The position numbers were made by a program, and so were the translations under genes. DNA of 64,000 nt from Alphaproteobacteria bacterium (GTDB taxonomy: Bacteria; Pseudomonadota; Alphaproteobacteria; RF32; CAG-239). The stretch lies in the NCBI GenBank assembly GCA_045632645.1, contig JAZQXC010000017.1, forward strand, positions 12,434 to 76,433. Reading direction: 5' to 3'. Below are positions 1 through 8,665 of the stretch, piece after piece. A model generated the notes under the pieces. That model ran no database searches and was not told the origin of the DNA. It worked only from the letters and a program-made list of their open reading frames with translations. Position 1 is the stretch's first letter, and each line of letters begins with the position of its first letter.

Positions 1-23
1 CATACATCGCTTTCATAATTTTA

Positions 24-545
24 ATGGGGTTTGTGTTTTTTAGGCATGCGAATGACTTGAAAACTTTTATGAGTATAATAGGCACATTGAGCGTAATGAG
101 TCAGAGACTGACGTCTCCATTAAATATTTTTATAATATTATGGAGTAGTCTTTTAATTATAGTTTACACAATATGTTTATTTAAATCCATAAAAGCAATA
201 ATAAACAAAACTTTTTCTTTCTATAGGATAACCATAAAATTCTTAATTATATCTGGTTTCTTCTTACCTGAGATGTTAATTAAATCTTGTATGTGCACAG
301 GAGGGCTACAACATTTAATGTCTCTATATATCTTTCTTCTAATCCCTTTAATTATGACTATAAAAAGTTTAATTAAGAGAAGTAAGAATATAACGTCAAC
401 TTTAAAAATTATAATTAATCGATTTTTAATTGGCGCACTTTTGATAATTTCTGCATACTTTATAGCTGAAATTATTATATTAGCAAATCATGATCCACAT
501 GTTATTACTGATGTGATTACTGTTGAAACATTTGGAGATCAATAA
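24..545 (+). CDS. hypothetical multi-pass membrane protein
   Basis: 173-aa ORF with about 4 hydrophobic segments, followed by a terminator at 562-593; start uncertain near the window edge. Confidence 0.6.
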   Translation: MGFVFFRHANDLKTFMSIIGTLSVMSQRLTSPLNIFIILWSSLLIIVYTICLFKSIKAIINKTFSFYRITIKFLIISGFFLPEMLIKSCMCTGGLQHLMSLYIFLLIPLIMTIKSLIKRSKNITSTLKIIINRFLIGALLIISAYFIAEIIILANHDPHVITDVITVETFGDQ

Positions 546-561
546 TTAGTTGCTCCAACAT

Positions 562-593
562 AAAAAAGGTATCACATTTGTGATACCTTTTTT
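562..593. terminator. bidirectional intrinsic terminator
   Basis: AAAAAAGGTATCACA-T-TGTGATACCTTTTTT-type perfect inverted repeat with A and T tails between convergent ORFs. Confidence 0.85.
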
Positions 594-625
594 ATGCTAA
601 TAACATCTTAAATAATTTAAAATGG

Positions 626-877
626 TTACTTGGCTTTTTTTAATTTTTCTAAAAACTCATCATAAGAAATAGTTGCAATCTTGTCTCTTTTGGTTACCAA
701 CAACGAGCCTCTATGGTGTGAGGATCTTGCTGTATAGTGATAATAAAAAGAAACCTCACTATACTCCTTTGGAGGATGAACTAGATTAGAAATTGTGCAG
801 TGATAGATTTTGTTGCTTTTCTTTTTTCTAAATCTGTTTAGTTCAAAAACTCTCCAATCATAGAAATATTGGCACAA
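626..877 (-). pseudogene. hypothetical protein or 5'-eroded orphan gene fragment
   Basis: 83-aa ORF with TTG start and no RBS; an upstream ATG at 956 opens a short ORF in another frame, consistent with decay. Confidence 0.3.
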
Positions 878-1186
878 CTCAACGATACTTCAACTATAAT
901 TCACAAATGTTATCTAATGCGGTGGAGAACATTAGGGTATAAAATTCAATCGTCATAAAAAAGTAAGGTCGGTTAAATATTGAAGAAAATCTAATCGGGG
1001 AAATTTATAGATTATGTTTCAAAAAAAATAAAATTGTATTCGGGCAAAAGTCTTATTTTTCTTATAAATCCGTTCGGGGAAAATTGTAAAAAATCTTATA
1101 AAAGTGAATAAAGCAAAATGTGTTCTACGTCTTTAATGACGTGTAGGTCTTTCGTGTTGGTTAAAATGGGCTGAAAAAAAGGCATA

Positions 1187-1211
1187 AAAAAAAGCCCTTA
1201 ATTTAAAGGCT
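1187..1211 (-). terminator. terminator of the tRNA-Gly transcript
   Basis: minus strand AGCCTTTAAATTAAGGGCTTTTTTTT hairpin plus U tract. Confidence 0.7.
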
Positions 1212-1392
1212 GGGGAGAGAAATGGAGCAAGCGACGGGAATGAACTCTCTTCGTTCGTTCGCACTGGCGCTCATAAGCCTTTGGCTTATCGCGATACTCT
1301 CGTCTCGCTTTTGCTTGTAGTCAAACCCGCTGTTGCGTGTTCGCTTCCCTTTTTATGTGTGTGGGGAGAGAAATGGAGCAAGCGACGGGAAT
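1211..1392. repeat. 31-bp direct repeat (1211-1241 and 1362-1392) of the tRNA-Gly 3' end plus trailer
   Basis: TGGGGAGAGAAATGGAGCAAGCGACGGGAAT occurs twice, 151 bp apart. Confidence 0.95.
1223..1348 (-). ncRNA. tRNA-linked tRNA-like element (acceptor/T-stem mimic with T-loop insert)
   Basis: minus strand: GGAAGCG-11nt-GCGGG-TTTGA-[80 nt with hairpins]-TT-CCCGT-CGCTTGC-T-CCA. Confidence 0.55.
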
Positions 1393-1447
1393 CGAACCCG
1401 CATGAAAAGCTTGGGAAGCTCTCATTCTACCATTGAATTACGCTTGC
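1374..1447 (-). tRNA. tRNA-Gly (anticodon CCC)
   Basis: 74-nt cloverleaf: GCAAGCG/CGCTTGC acceptor stem, AGAGC-TTCCCAA-GCTTT anticodon arm, GCGGG-TTCGATT-CCCGT T arm, encoded CCA. Confidence 0.97.
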
Positions 1448-1592
1448 GCCATTTAGGAGTTTCATTATGAAGACAATGAACTCTTACCCTACTCTATTGC
1501 TATTATCAAACATTTTTTTTGTTATTTGTGGATAAAAATGTATCTTTTCTTTGGTAAAATGTAAAAAAATTGAACAAAATACAAAAAAAATA

Positions 1593-1621
1593 TTGACTCT
1601 TTTGATTTTATCACATATAAG
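1593..1621 (+). promoter_or_regulatory. sigma70 promoter of rplJL
   Basis: TTGACT-17nt-TATAAG. Confidence 0.6.
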
Positions 1622-1661
1622 CTCTGCTAGATTGAGCTACATTTATATGTATTGCTCATAA

Positions 1662-1752
1662 CTGTCCAAGACCGTAGGTGGTCATGTATTTGATTTTAAG
1701 TGTTTTTGTTTAACTTAACTATCATTTGATCTTAATTTCCTACGCAGACGGA
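1662..1752 (+). promoter_or_regulatory. rplJ (L10) autoregulatory leader
   Basis: CTGTCCAAGACCGTAGGTG ... TTAATTTCCTACGCAGACGG complementary halves matching the proteobacterial L10 leader, upstream of rplJ. Confidence 0.8.
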
Positions 1753-1909
1753 GTAAACAAGATTTCTAATCAATTTTCTCCCCCGGACAGATTTGGTGCC
1801 ACTTTTTGGTAAAAGGTTTCTTTTATCATTGGTGGATGTTGTAAACGATTTTGTGGTTTTTGATTATTATTAATTGAAGATGACAAAGTCATTATTTGGA
1901 GACAAGTAA

Positions 1910-2392
1910 GTGAATCGCGAAGAAAAAACTGAACTCTTAAGCGAAATGAACGAACTTATTTCTGCAGCTGAATCTATTGTGATTTCTCACTACAGAGGTT
2001 TAACTGTTCAAGAAATGGGTGAACTCAGAAATAAAGCTCGTGAACTTGGCTGTGAGTTAAGAGTTACAAAAAACCGTATTACTCGTCTTGCTCTTAAAGG
2101 AACCAAATTTGAAGGTTTAGACGAATTCTTCAAAGGTCCTACAGTTATGGCTTATTCTAGCGACCCAATTTCATCATGTAAATTATGTGTTGAATTTGCT
2201 AAAGCTAATGAAAAGTTCGTAGTTGTTGGCGGTGCTTTGAGTTCTGGTGTATTATCTATGGCTGAAATCGAAAGATTGGCAACAATTCCTTCTATGGACG
2301 AATTGCGTGCGAAAATTATCGGTTTGCTTCAAGCACCTGGTTCAGCATTGGCAAGAGTTACCAAAGCTTACAGCGAAAAAGAAGCTGCTTAA
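1910..2392 (+). CDS. rplJ: 50S ribosomal protein L10 (uL10)
   Basis: HYRGLTV...LRVTKNRITRLA motifs, GGAG RBS, GTG start. Confidence 0.98.
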   Translation: MNREEKTELLSEMNELISAAESIVISHYRGLTVQEMGELRNKARELGCELRVTKNRITRLALKGTKFEGLDEFFKGPTVMAYSSDPISSCKLCVEFAKANEKFVVVGGALSSGVLSMAEIERLATIPSMDELRAKIIGLLQAPGSALARVTKAYSEKEAA

Positions 2393-2545
2393 TATCAAAA
2401 TATTTTGCGCAAATAACTTTTCGCTACGCTTGATAAGAGCAAATTAGTTGTTTTGATATAAAAAGTTGGTTTATTTATCAGGTTTTATATCAAGCGGTAA
2501 AAAAAGTTTTAATAAAAAAGTTTAAATTTTATTTGGAGAAAAAAA

Positions 2546-2914
2546 ATGGCCGATTTAGCCAAATTAGTTGAAGAATTATCAGCATTAACAGTTATGGAAG
2601 CTGCTGATTTATCTAAAATGTTAGAAGAAAAATGGGGCGTTTCTGCTGCTGCAGCTGTAGCTGCTCCAGCTGCTGGTGCTCAAGCTGCTCAAGCTGAAGA
2701 AAAAACAGAATTCGATGTAATTCTTGCTGAAGCTGGCGCTAACAAAATTAACGTTATTAAAGAAATCCGTGGTATCACAGGTTTAGGCTTGAAAGAAGCT
2801 AAAGACTTAGTTGATGGCGCTCCTAAAACTGTTAAAGAAGGCGCTCCAAAGGCTGAAGCTGAAGAAATCAAAGCTAAACTTGAAGCTGCTGGTGCTAAAG
2901 TTGAATTAAAGTAA
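2546..2914 (+). CDS. rplL: 50S ribosomal protein L7/L12 (bL12)
   Basis: [28 protein letters not shown]. Confidence 0.99.
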   Translation: MADLAKLVEELSALTVMEAADLSKMLEEKWGVSAAAAVAAPAAGAQAAQAEEKTEFDVILAEAGANKINVIKEIRGITGLGLKEAKDLVDGAPKTVKEGAPKAEAEEIKAKLEAAGAKVELK

Positions 2915-2936
2915 TTTTACTTTATTCTTTCAATAT

Positions 2937-2966
2937 AAAAAAGGAGACCTTTTTAGGTCTCCTTTT
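2937..2966. terminator. intrinsic terminator after rplL
   Basis: AAAAAAGGAGACCT-TTTT-AGGTCTCCTTTT. Confidence 0.85.
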
Positions 2967-2969
2967 CTT

Positions 2970-3281
2970 TTACTTTCTTTGATATCTTCTTATTATTAAT
3001 TTTATATCAATGATAACAATTAATAAAACAACTAAGAAAGTTAGTGTTGTTGCTAAATAAAACATCTTATAGTACAACGCTAAACGTGACAGCAATAAAA
3101 TTATATACCCTTTATAAAGCATATTAAGTTCTATTGGTGCGCCAAGCAGTGATAACACTATTGATAGATGTAAAACTATCCCCATTGCCTCACCTTCTAC
3201 AAAAAATGATATAGCAAACAGAATAAAACTAACAATAAGACAAAGCCTAGAAAGCAAAAAACAAAATAATTTCTTATTCAT
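2970..3281 (-). CDS. small hypothetical membrane protein
   Basis: 103 aa, about 3 hydrophobic segments, basic C-terminus. Confidence 0.6.
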   Translation of the reverse strand: MNKKLFCFLLSRLCLIVSFILFAISFFVEGEAMGIVLHLSIVLSLLGAPIELNMLYKGYIILLLSRLALYYKMFYLATTLTFLVVLLIVIIDIKLIIRRYQRK

Positions 3282-3401
3282 ACTGATATATTTTAATAAT
3301 ACTATTCCTCTAAAAGGGATATAATAAATTTAATATATAATCAAGCACAAAAAAGCGCCAAATCATTATATTGGCGCTTTTGTCTTATTATTTATTTTAG
3401 C

Positions 3402-4256
3402 TTAGATATTGTGCTTTTTTAATACATCAATAGCATTTTGTAATTGATCATCAGTTGTAGCATACAAAGGCATACCATTTAGCACAAGTGTTGGAACACT
3501 TTTTATATTGATATTATTAGCTGTTTCTCTTGTTTTACCTAATAAATCTGTTGTTTCTTTTGAATTATAATCTTTTTGATATTTATCTAGATCTAGTTTC
3601 ATGCTTTCTGCTAGCTCTAATGCTTTTTGTTGACTGATATGTGGTTCTGCCATTAATTTTAGATACATTTCCATAAATTTACCTTGTTTTGATGCTGAAA
3701 TTGCAGCTCTTGCTGAAATTTCTGAATTTTGAGACAAGAAAGCAATTGGTTTAAATACTATCTTTATTTCAGGATTATTCTCTAGCAATCTATGTAAACG
3801 TGGGGCCATTTGCTTACAATATCCACATGAAAAGTCAAAAAATTCAACAAGGGTATATTTTGCATCTTTGTTACCTACATAGATTTCATCGCTATTTATC
3901 TCTTCTATGTATTTACTATATTCATCAGCTTGTTTTAACAATTCTTCTTGATATTTTTTATCTTCATATATTTGAAGAGCACCAACAATTAAGCTTGGAT
4001 TGTTAACAATTACTTCTTTTATTCTTTCTTCTATTTCGGTTAATCTTTGTTCTTTTCTTTCAGATATTTCATCTTTATTTTTTTGATAATCCATAACAGC
4101 ATTATATGCTATTTCTGGATTTTTCTTTAATACAGATGCAATAGCTAAAGCCATTTCCTCTTCTGATGCGTTGTTAAGTATTTGATTACTCTCTGCAACA
4201 TTATAACTTATCATAGTTGATAATATTGTTGCTGCTAATAATTTAATCTTTTTCAT
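3402..4256 (-). CDS. DsbA/ScsC (Com1-like) thiol-disulfide oxidoreductase
   Basis: signal peptide, VEFFDFSCGYCK active site, cis-Pro loop SVPT, two ScsC-like N-terminal helices. Confidence 0.88.
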   Translation of the reverse strand: MKKIKLLAATILSTMISYNVAESNQILNNASEEEMALAIASVLKKNPEIAYNAVMDYQKNKDEISERKEQRLTEIEERIKEVIVNNPSLIVGALQIYEDKKYQEELLKQADEYSKYIEEINSDEIYVGNKDAKYTLVEFFDFSCGYCKQMAPRLHRLLENNPEIKIVFKPIAFLSQNSEISARAAISASKQGKFMEMYLKLMAEPHISQQKALELAESMKLDLDKYQKDYNSKETTDLLGKTRETANNINIKSVPTLVLNGMPLYATTDDQLQNAIDVLKKHNI

Positions 4257-4275
4257 AAAAAACCTCTCTTAAATA

Positions 4276-5145
4276 TTATAAACAAGTATCTTTAGTAAAT
4301 TCGCAAGCACTTAAGTTTTTATCATTCTTATCTGTATAAAGTATGCTTAAATTAATTCCTTCATCTATAAACATTGGTTTAATTTTAGGACACATACTTT
4401 CATTTGCTTTCATGCAAGAATCATTCTTAATGCTTTCAGTTAGAAGCTTCATATCATCATCAGAAAATGTAGAAGAATCTATATCTGCTTTATATACGTA
4501 TGTTACCATTTTATCTTGATATTTTATATCAACCCACTTAGTTATTTCATCAATTTCTTTAGGAAGTGATTTTTTGATAATTGATATCATATCTTGTATT
4601 TCTTTATCTTTCTCATCTTCTTTGGTTAGTTTAGGTTCAACCCTTAATTCTTCTGTAACATTTTCAAAATCTAAAGCTTCTAGTGGAGCTATGTATTCTT
4701 CATCTATACCATCATCTTTTGTAATAACATTTAGTTTTTGAGGCATAACATCTTCTTTTGTGATACTAATATCTTCTATATTGTCTAATTCATCTTCATC
4801 TAAAGAGAAATCTACCATTGACTGCATTATATTTACGCTATCTTTCATACCTGATAAATCTTTTGGCTTATTTTCTTTGGACACCTTTGGTGTTTCTAAA
4901 TCACTATCATCTAATGAGGCATCAATACTATTTTCTTCTATTATATTTTCTCTAATTTTTTTAAACTGATGTCTTAGATATTCTTGTTCATCAACTTTAC
5001 CATCTTTATTATCATCCATACTATTAAACGAAGCTATAAAAACCTCCTTTAATGCGTACATTTGCTCGTCCTTTGTTAAAGCATTAGCCTTAATGCTTGA
5101 TAATGCGAGCATCGAGCATGTGAGCATAAGTATACTTTTTTTCAT
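4276..5145 (-). CDS. secreted EF-hand protein with C-terminal PA3611/AspS-like domain
   Basis: signal peptide MKKSILM..., canonical loop DDNKDGKVDEQE, acidic linker, C-terminal LPKEIDEIT...TYVY with 4 Cys. Confidence 0.6.
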   Translation of the reverse strand: MKKSILMLTCSMLALSSIKANALTKDEQMYALKEVFIASFNSMDDNKDGKVDEQEYLRHQFKKIRENIIEENSIDASLDDSDLETPKVSKENKPKDLSGMKDSVNIMQSMVDFSLDEDELDNIEDISITKEDVMPQKLNVITKDDGIDEEYIAPLEALDFENVTEELRVEPKLTKEDEKDKEIQDMISIIKKSLPKEIDEITKWVDIKYQDKMVTYVYKADIDSSTFSDDDMKLLTESIKNDSCMKANESMCPKIKPMFIDEGINLSILYTDKNDKNLSACEFTKDTCL

Positions 5146-5306
5146 AACATTGATACCTTTCAATAATTTATCATAATGATTTTTACCATATTCTTTATTA
5201 AATTTTCTTTAATGGCGATAATTATTTATGACTTTTGCACTTTATTATTTCATAAAAAAAAGCTCTCCTTTATGGAGAGCTTTTAGATTTAATACTTGTA
5301 GAAGTT

Positions 5307-6518
5307 TTATACAGCAAGTCTTCTATCTTCTAGTTCACTTAATAACTTATAAGTATCTTTTGCAATCATAAGTTCTTCATCTGCTGGAATAACTAATACT
5401 TTTACTTTGCTATCAGTTGATGAAATATCTAATGGTGCTGGACGAACACTATTTTTTTCTTCATCTATTGACAAACCAAGATATGCAAGTTTTTCACAAA
5501 GTTTTTGACGAACTAGATTATTATTTTCACCAATTCCTGCTGTAAAAATTAAAGCATCTAAACCACCTAAAACTGCAATATATGCACCTACAGTTTTTAG
5601 TATCGAATACACAAATGCATCAATTGCAAAAGCACAATTTTCATCACCTTCTTTTGCTCTTGATGAAATATCTCTCATATCTGAATATCCACCAGATAAA
5701 CCAAACAAACCACTTTCTTTATTCATCATTTGATTTACTTCATCTGGAGTTTTATTTTGTGTTTTCATAATATGAAGAGGAATATATGGGTCCATATCCC
5801 CTGCCCTTGTTGCCATTGGTATTCCAGCTGATGGCGTATATCCCATTGTTGTATCAACACTTAAACCATCTTTGATTGCTGTAATTGAAGCGCCACCACC
5901 TAAGTGACAACAAATAAATTTACCTTTTTTGCCTAAATATTCTTCAGCTACGATAGAAGCATATTTATGTGATGTACCATGGAACCCATAACGTCTAATA
6001 CGATCGTTTTTATAGTATTCTTGTGGAATAGCATATGTGTATGCACTTTTATCTATACTTTGATGATATGCGCTATCAAATGTTGCTACTTGCACTACAT
6101 TTGGTAGCAATTCAGTTATAGCCTCCAACCCATGAACAAATGCAGGTCCATGAAGTGGAAGGAGTGGAACTGTGTCATATATTTTTTCCATAACATCTTC
6201 ATCAATGACAACTGATTTGTCAAAATATTCCCCACCATGCCCCATACGGTGCCCCACTGCAGATATTTCTGATGGATTTTTGATAAACTTTTTAGATAAA
6301 TAATCCAAAATTGTTTTTATTGCATCTTTATGGTCATTGATTGGTGTTTCTAGTGTGAAATCATGTTCGTTATCAGTCTTTAGAACGATTTTTGAACCAT
6401 TTAAACCTATTCTATCAACAACACCTTTAGTGATTACTTCATATTTATCATCTTCAATCATAAAGAGTTGGAATTTTACAGTTGTTGAGCCAGAGTTTAT
6501 AACTAAAATTTTATCCAT
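5307..6518 (-). CDS. ackA: acetate kinase
   Basis: LVINSGSTTVK, RRYGFHGTSH, HLGGGAS, FTAGIGEN. Confidence 0.97.
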   Translation of the reverse strand: MDKILVINSGSTTVKFQLFMIEDDKYEVITKGVVDRIGLNGSKIVLKTDNEHDFTLETPINDHKDAIKTILDYLSKKFIKNPSEISAVGHRMGHGGEYFDKSVVIDEDVMEKIYDTVPLLPLHGPAFVHGLEAITELLPNVVQVATFDSAYHQSIDKSAYTYAIPQEYYKNDRIRRYGFHGTSHKYASIVAEEYLGKKGKFICCHLGGGASITAIKDGLSVDTTMGYTPSAGIPMATRAGDMDPYIPLHIMKTQNKTPDEVNQMMNKESGLFGLSGGYSDMRDISSRAKEGDENCAFAIDAFVYSILKTVGAYIAVLGGLDALIFTAGIGENNNLVRQKLCEKLAYLGLSIDEEKNSVRPAPLDISSTDSKVKVLVIPADEELMIAKDTYKLLSELEDRRLAV

Positions 6519-6671
6519 TTATTTTACTTTCCTTGGTTTACACTAGAAGTAGCGTTTATCATGTTTTTTATGTTTTGGCAATAAAAAAATTATTTTCATT
6601 AAAAAATATGCTTGAAAACATTAATTTTGGAATATAAAGTTCTAAAACAATTGACTTTTAAGGTGTTTATA

Positions 6672-7892
6672 ATGAAAGATGCAAGCAGAATTCAGGCTAT
6701 TATCGAAGTATTAGATGAGGTATTAAAAGATTTTACTCCTTCTGATGTTATTTTGGACAATTACTTTAAGCAAAGACGTTATATTGGCTCTAAAGACAGA
6801 CGCTTTATCGCTGATAATGTTTGGAAAATCATTAGAAATAGAATAAAATACTCTCAAATGCTTGAAAATAATTACAATTCTAGATTGTTAACAGCTATAA
6901 ATTTTATAGATTTAGATTTAGAAATTTTATTTAATGGAGAAGAATACGCACCTTCTTTATTAACAAGTGATGAAAAAAAGTTAATTAATAAAGCAAAAGA
7001 CTTTGAAGACTTTTCAAATGAAGCTATTTATGAGTGCCCTTTATGGTTATTTAATAAATTTGATAATCTTGATTTACTCAATTCATTAAATGAAACAGCG
7101 CCTCTTGACGTTAGAGCAAATTTAACAAGCAGAGATTTTGCAAAAGATAGATTAAAAAAAGAAGGATTATTCTTTTCTAATACACCATATAGCCCTATTG
7201 GACTTAGGAGTACAGATAGAATTAATCTAAATAACTGTATGACTTATCAAGATGGACAAATTGAAGTTATGGATGAAGCATCACAGATTATTGCTTTATT
7301 GTGCAAGGTTAAAGCTCATCATAAGACTATTGACTATTGCGCAGGTGCGGGTGGAAAATCGCTTGCTATTGGGGGACAGTTAAAAAATGAGGGACTTATT
7401 TATGCTCATGATATTAATATAGAAAGACTTTCCAGAATAAAAAAACGAGCTGAAAGGCTTGATATTATTAACATTAAAACAGTGAATACTGTTACAGATA
7501 ATGATTTTGATAGATTTATTATTGATGCTCCTTGTTCTGGCAGTGGAACGTGGCGCAGATGTCCTGACGCAAAATATAGACTAACAAAAGAAAAACTTGA
7601 TGATATTGTTAAAACGCAAAAAGAAATTTTAGAGTTTGGAGCTAAACATACTAAAGTTGGTGGTAGATTGATTTATATTACCTGCTCTGTTTTTGAAGAA
7701 GAAAATGAAGAACAGATAGAAAATTTCATTAAAAATCATCCAGAATTTTCTATTGTTGACCATAACGAGCTGTGGAAAGAGGTTTTAGATATTACTTTTT
7801 ATCCTTTTAATACAAACAAATACCTCAATTTTTCACCTTTAAAAACAAAAACTGATGGTTTCTTTTTTTGTATGATGAAAAAAATAAGCTAA
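6672..7892 (+). CDS. RsmB/NOP family SAM-dependent RNA m5C methyltransferase
   Basis: DYCAGAGGK, DAPCSGSG, YITCS motifs; start moved to ATG 6672 (AAGG upstream). Confidence 0.92.
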   Translation: MKDASRIQAIIEVLDEVLKDFTPSDVILDNYFKQRRYIGSKDRRFIADNVWKIIRNRIKYSQMLENNYNSRLLTAINFIDLDLEILFNGEEYAPSLLTSDEKKLINKAKDFEDFSNEAIYECPLWLFNKFDNLDLLNSLNETAPLDVRANLTSRDFAKDRLKKEGLFFSNTPYSPIGLRSTDRINLNNCMTYQDGQIEVMDEASQIIALLCKVKAHHKTIDYCAGAGGKSLAIGGQLKNEGLIYAHDINIERLSRIKKRAERLDIINIKTVNTVTDNDFDRFIIDAPCSGSGTWRRCPDAKYRLTKEKLDDIVKTQKEILEFGAKHTKVGGRLIYITCSVFEEENEEQIENFIKNHPEFSIVDHNELWKEVLDITFYPFNTNKYLNFSPLKTKTDGFFFCMMKKIS

Positions 7893-7986
7893 ATTGTTAT
7901 TATATTTGATTTTGTGCTTGATTTTATATGTTTTTATAATATCACTTTGATTAGAAAACAACTTAAACTAAAATTGGGCTATTGGG

Positions 7987-8571
7987 ATGATTCTATATCT
8001 TATGAGGCATGGACAAACCGACTGGAACGTGAAACATCGTTGCCAAGGATGGAATGATATTGCTCTTAACGATAAAGGACATGAACAGGCGCGTGAAGTT
8101 GCTGATAAGCTTCAAAATATTGAGATTGAAACAATTTATGCAAGCGATCTTAAAAGAGCAAAGAAAACAGCTGATATTATTAGTGCTCAATTAGATTTAC
8201 CAGTTCATTACACTAAAAGATTAAGGGAGATGAATTTTGGTAAGGCTGAAGGGATTAAAAAAACAGATTTGGAAGCAAAATTTCCTTATATTTATTCTGC
8301 ATTTAACGATGTTAAAAATCCAGAAAGATATGACATTGGCTACCCAAATGGAGAAACTATTGGTGAAGTACAACAACGTTTTATGAAGCTTGTAACTAAA
8401 CTTTTTGAAGATGGCAGAAAAAATGTTTTAATTGTAACTCATGGAATGTTAATTCGTATTTTTTGTGAAATTTGCTTAAAAAAATCAATTAAACTTGAAA
8501 ATTGTTCTGTTTTAAAAGTTACCTTTGATGAAAAATCTAAAAAATTTAAATCTCCTAAAATCATTTTTTAA
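7987..8571 (+). CDS. histidine phosphatase (phosphoglycerate mutase family)
   Basis: LMRHGQT, SDLKRA, LREMNFG, VTHG. Confidence 0.92.
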   Translation: MILYLMRHGQTDWNVKHRCQGWNDIALNDKGHEQAREVADKLQNIEIETIYASDLKRAKKTADIISAQLDLPVHYTKRLREMNFGKAEGIKKTDLEAKFPYIYSAFNDVKNPERYDIGYPNGETIGEVQQRFMKLVTKLFEDGRKNVLIVTHGMLIRIFCEICLKKSIKLENCSVLKVTFDEKSKKFKSPKIIF

Positions 8572-8665
8572 TTAATTTTGTTGTGATTTAAAGTTGTTTT
8601 GTGTTGTAAATGATAATCTTACTTATTAATATATAATTGATTTATAATTTTTTTGTGAGGGCAAT

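Noticed and set aside
1211-1392. CRISPR array or intact integrated island at the tRNA
   Set aside because: Only two repeat copies, derived from the tRNA 3' end, 151 bp apart; no cas or integrase gene in the window.
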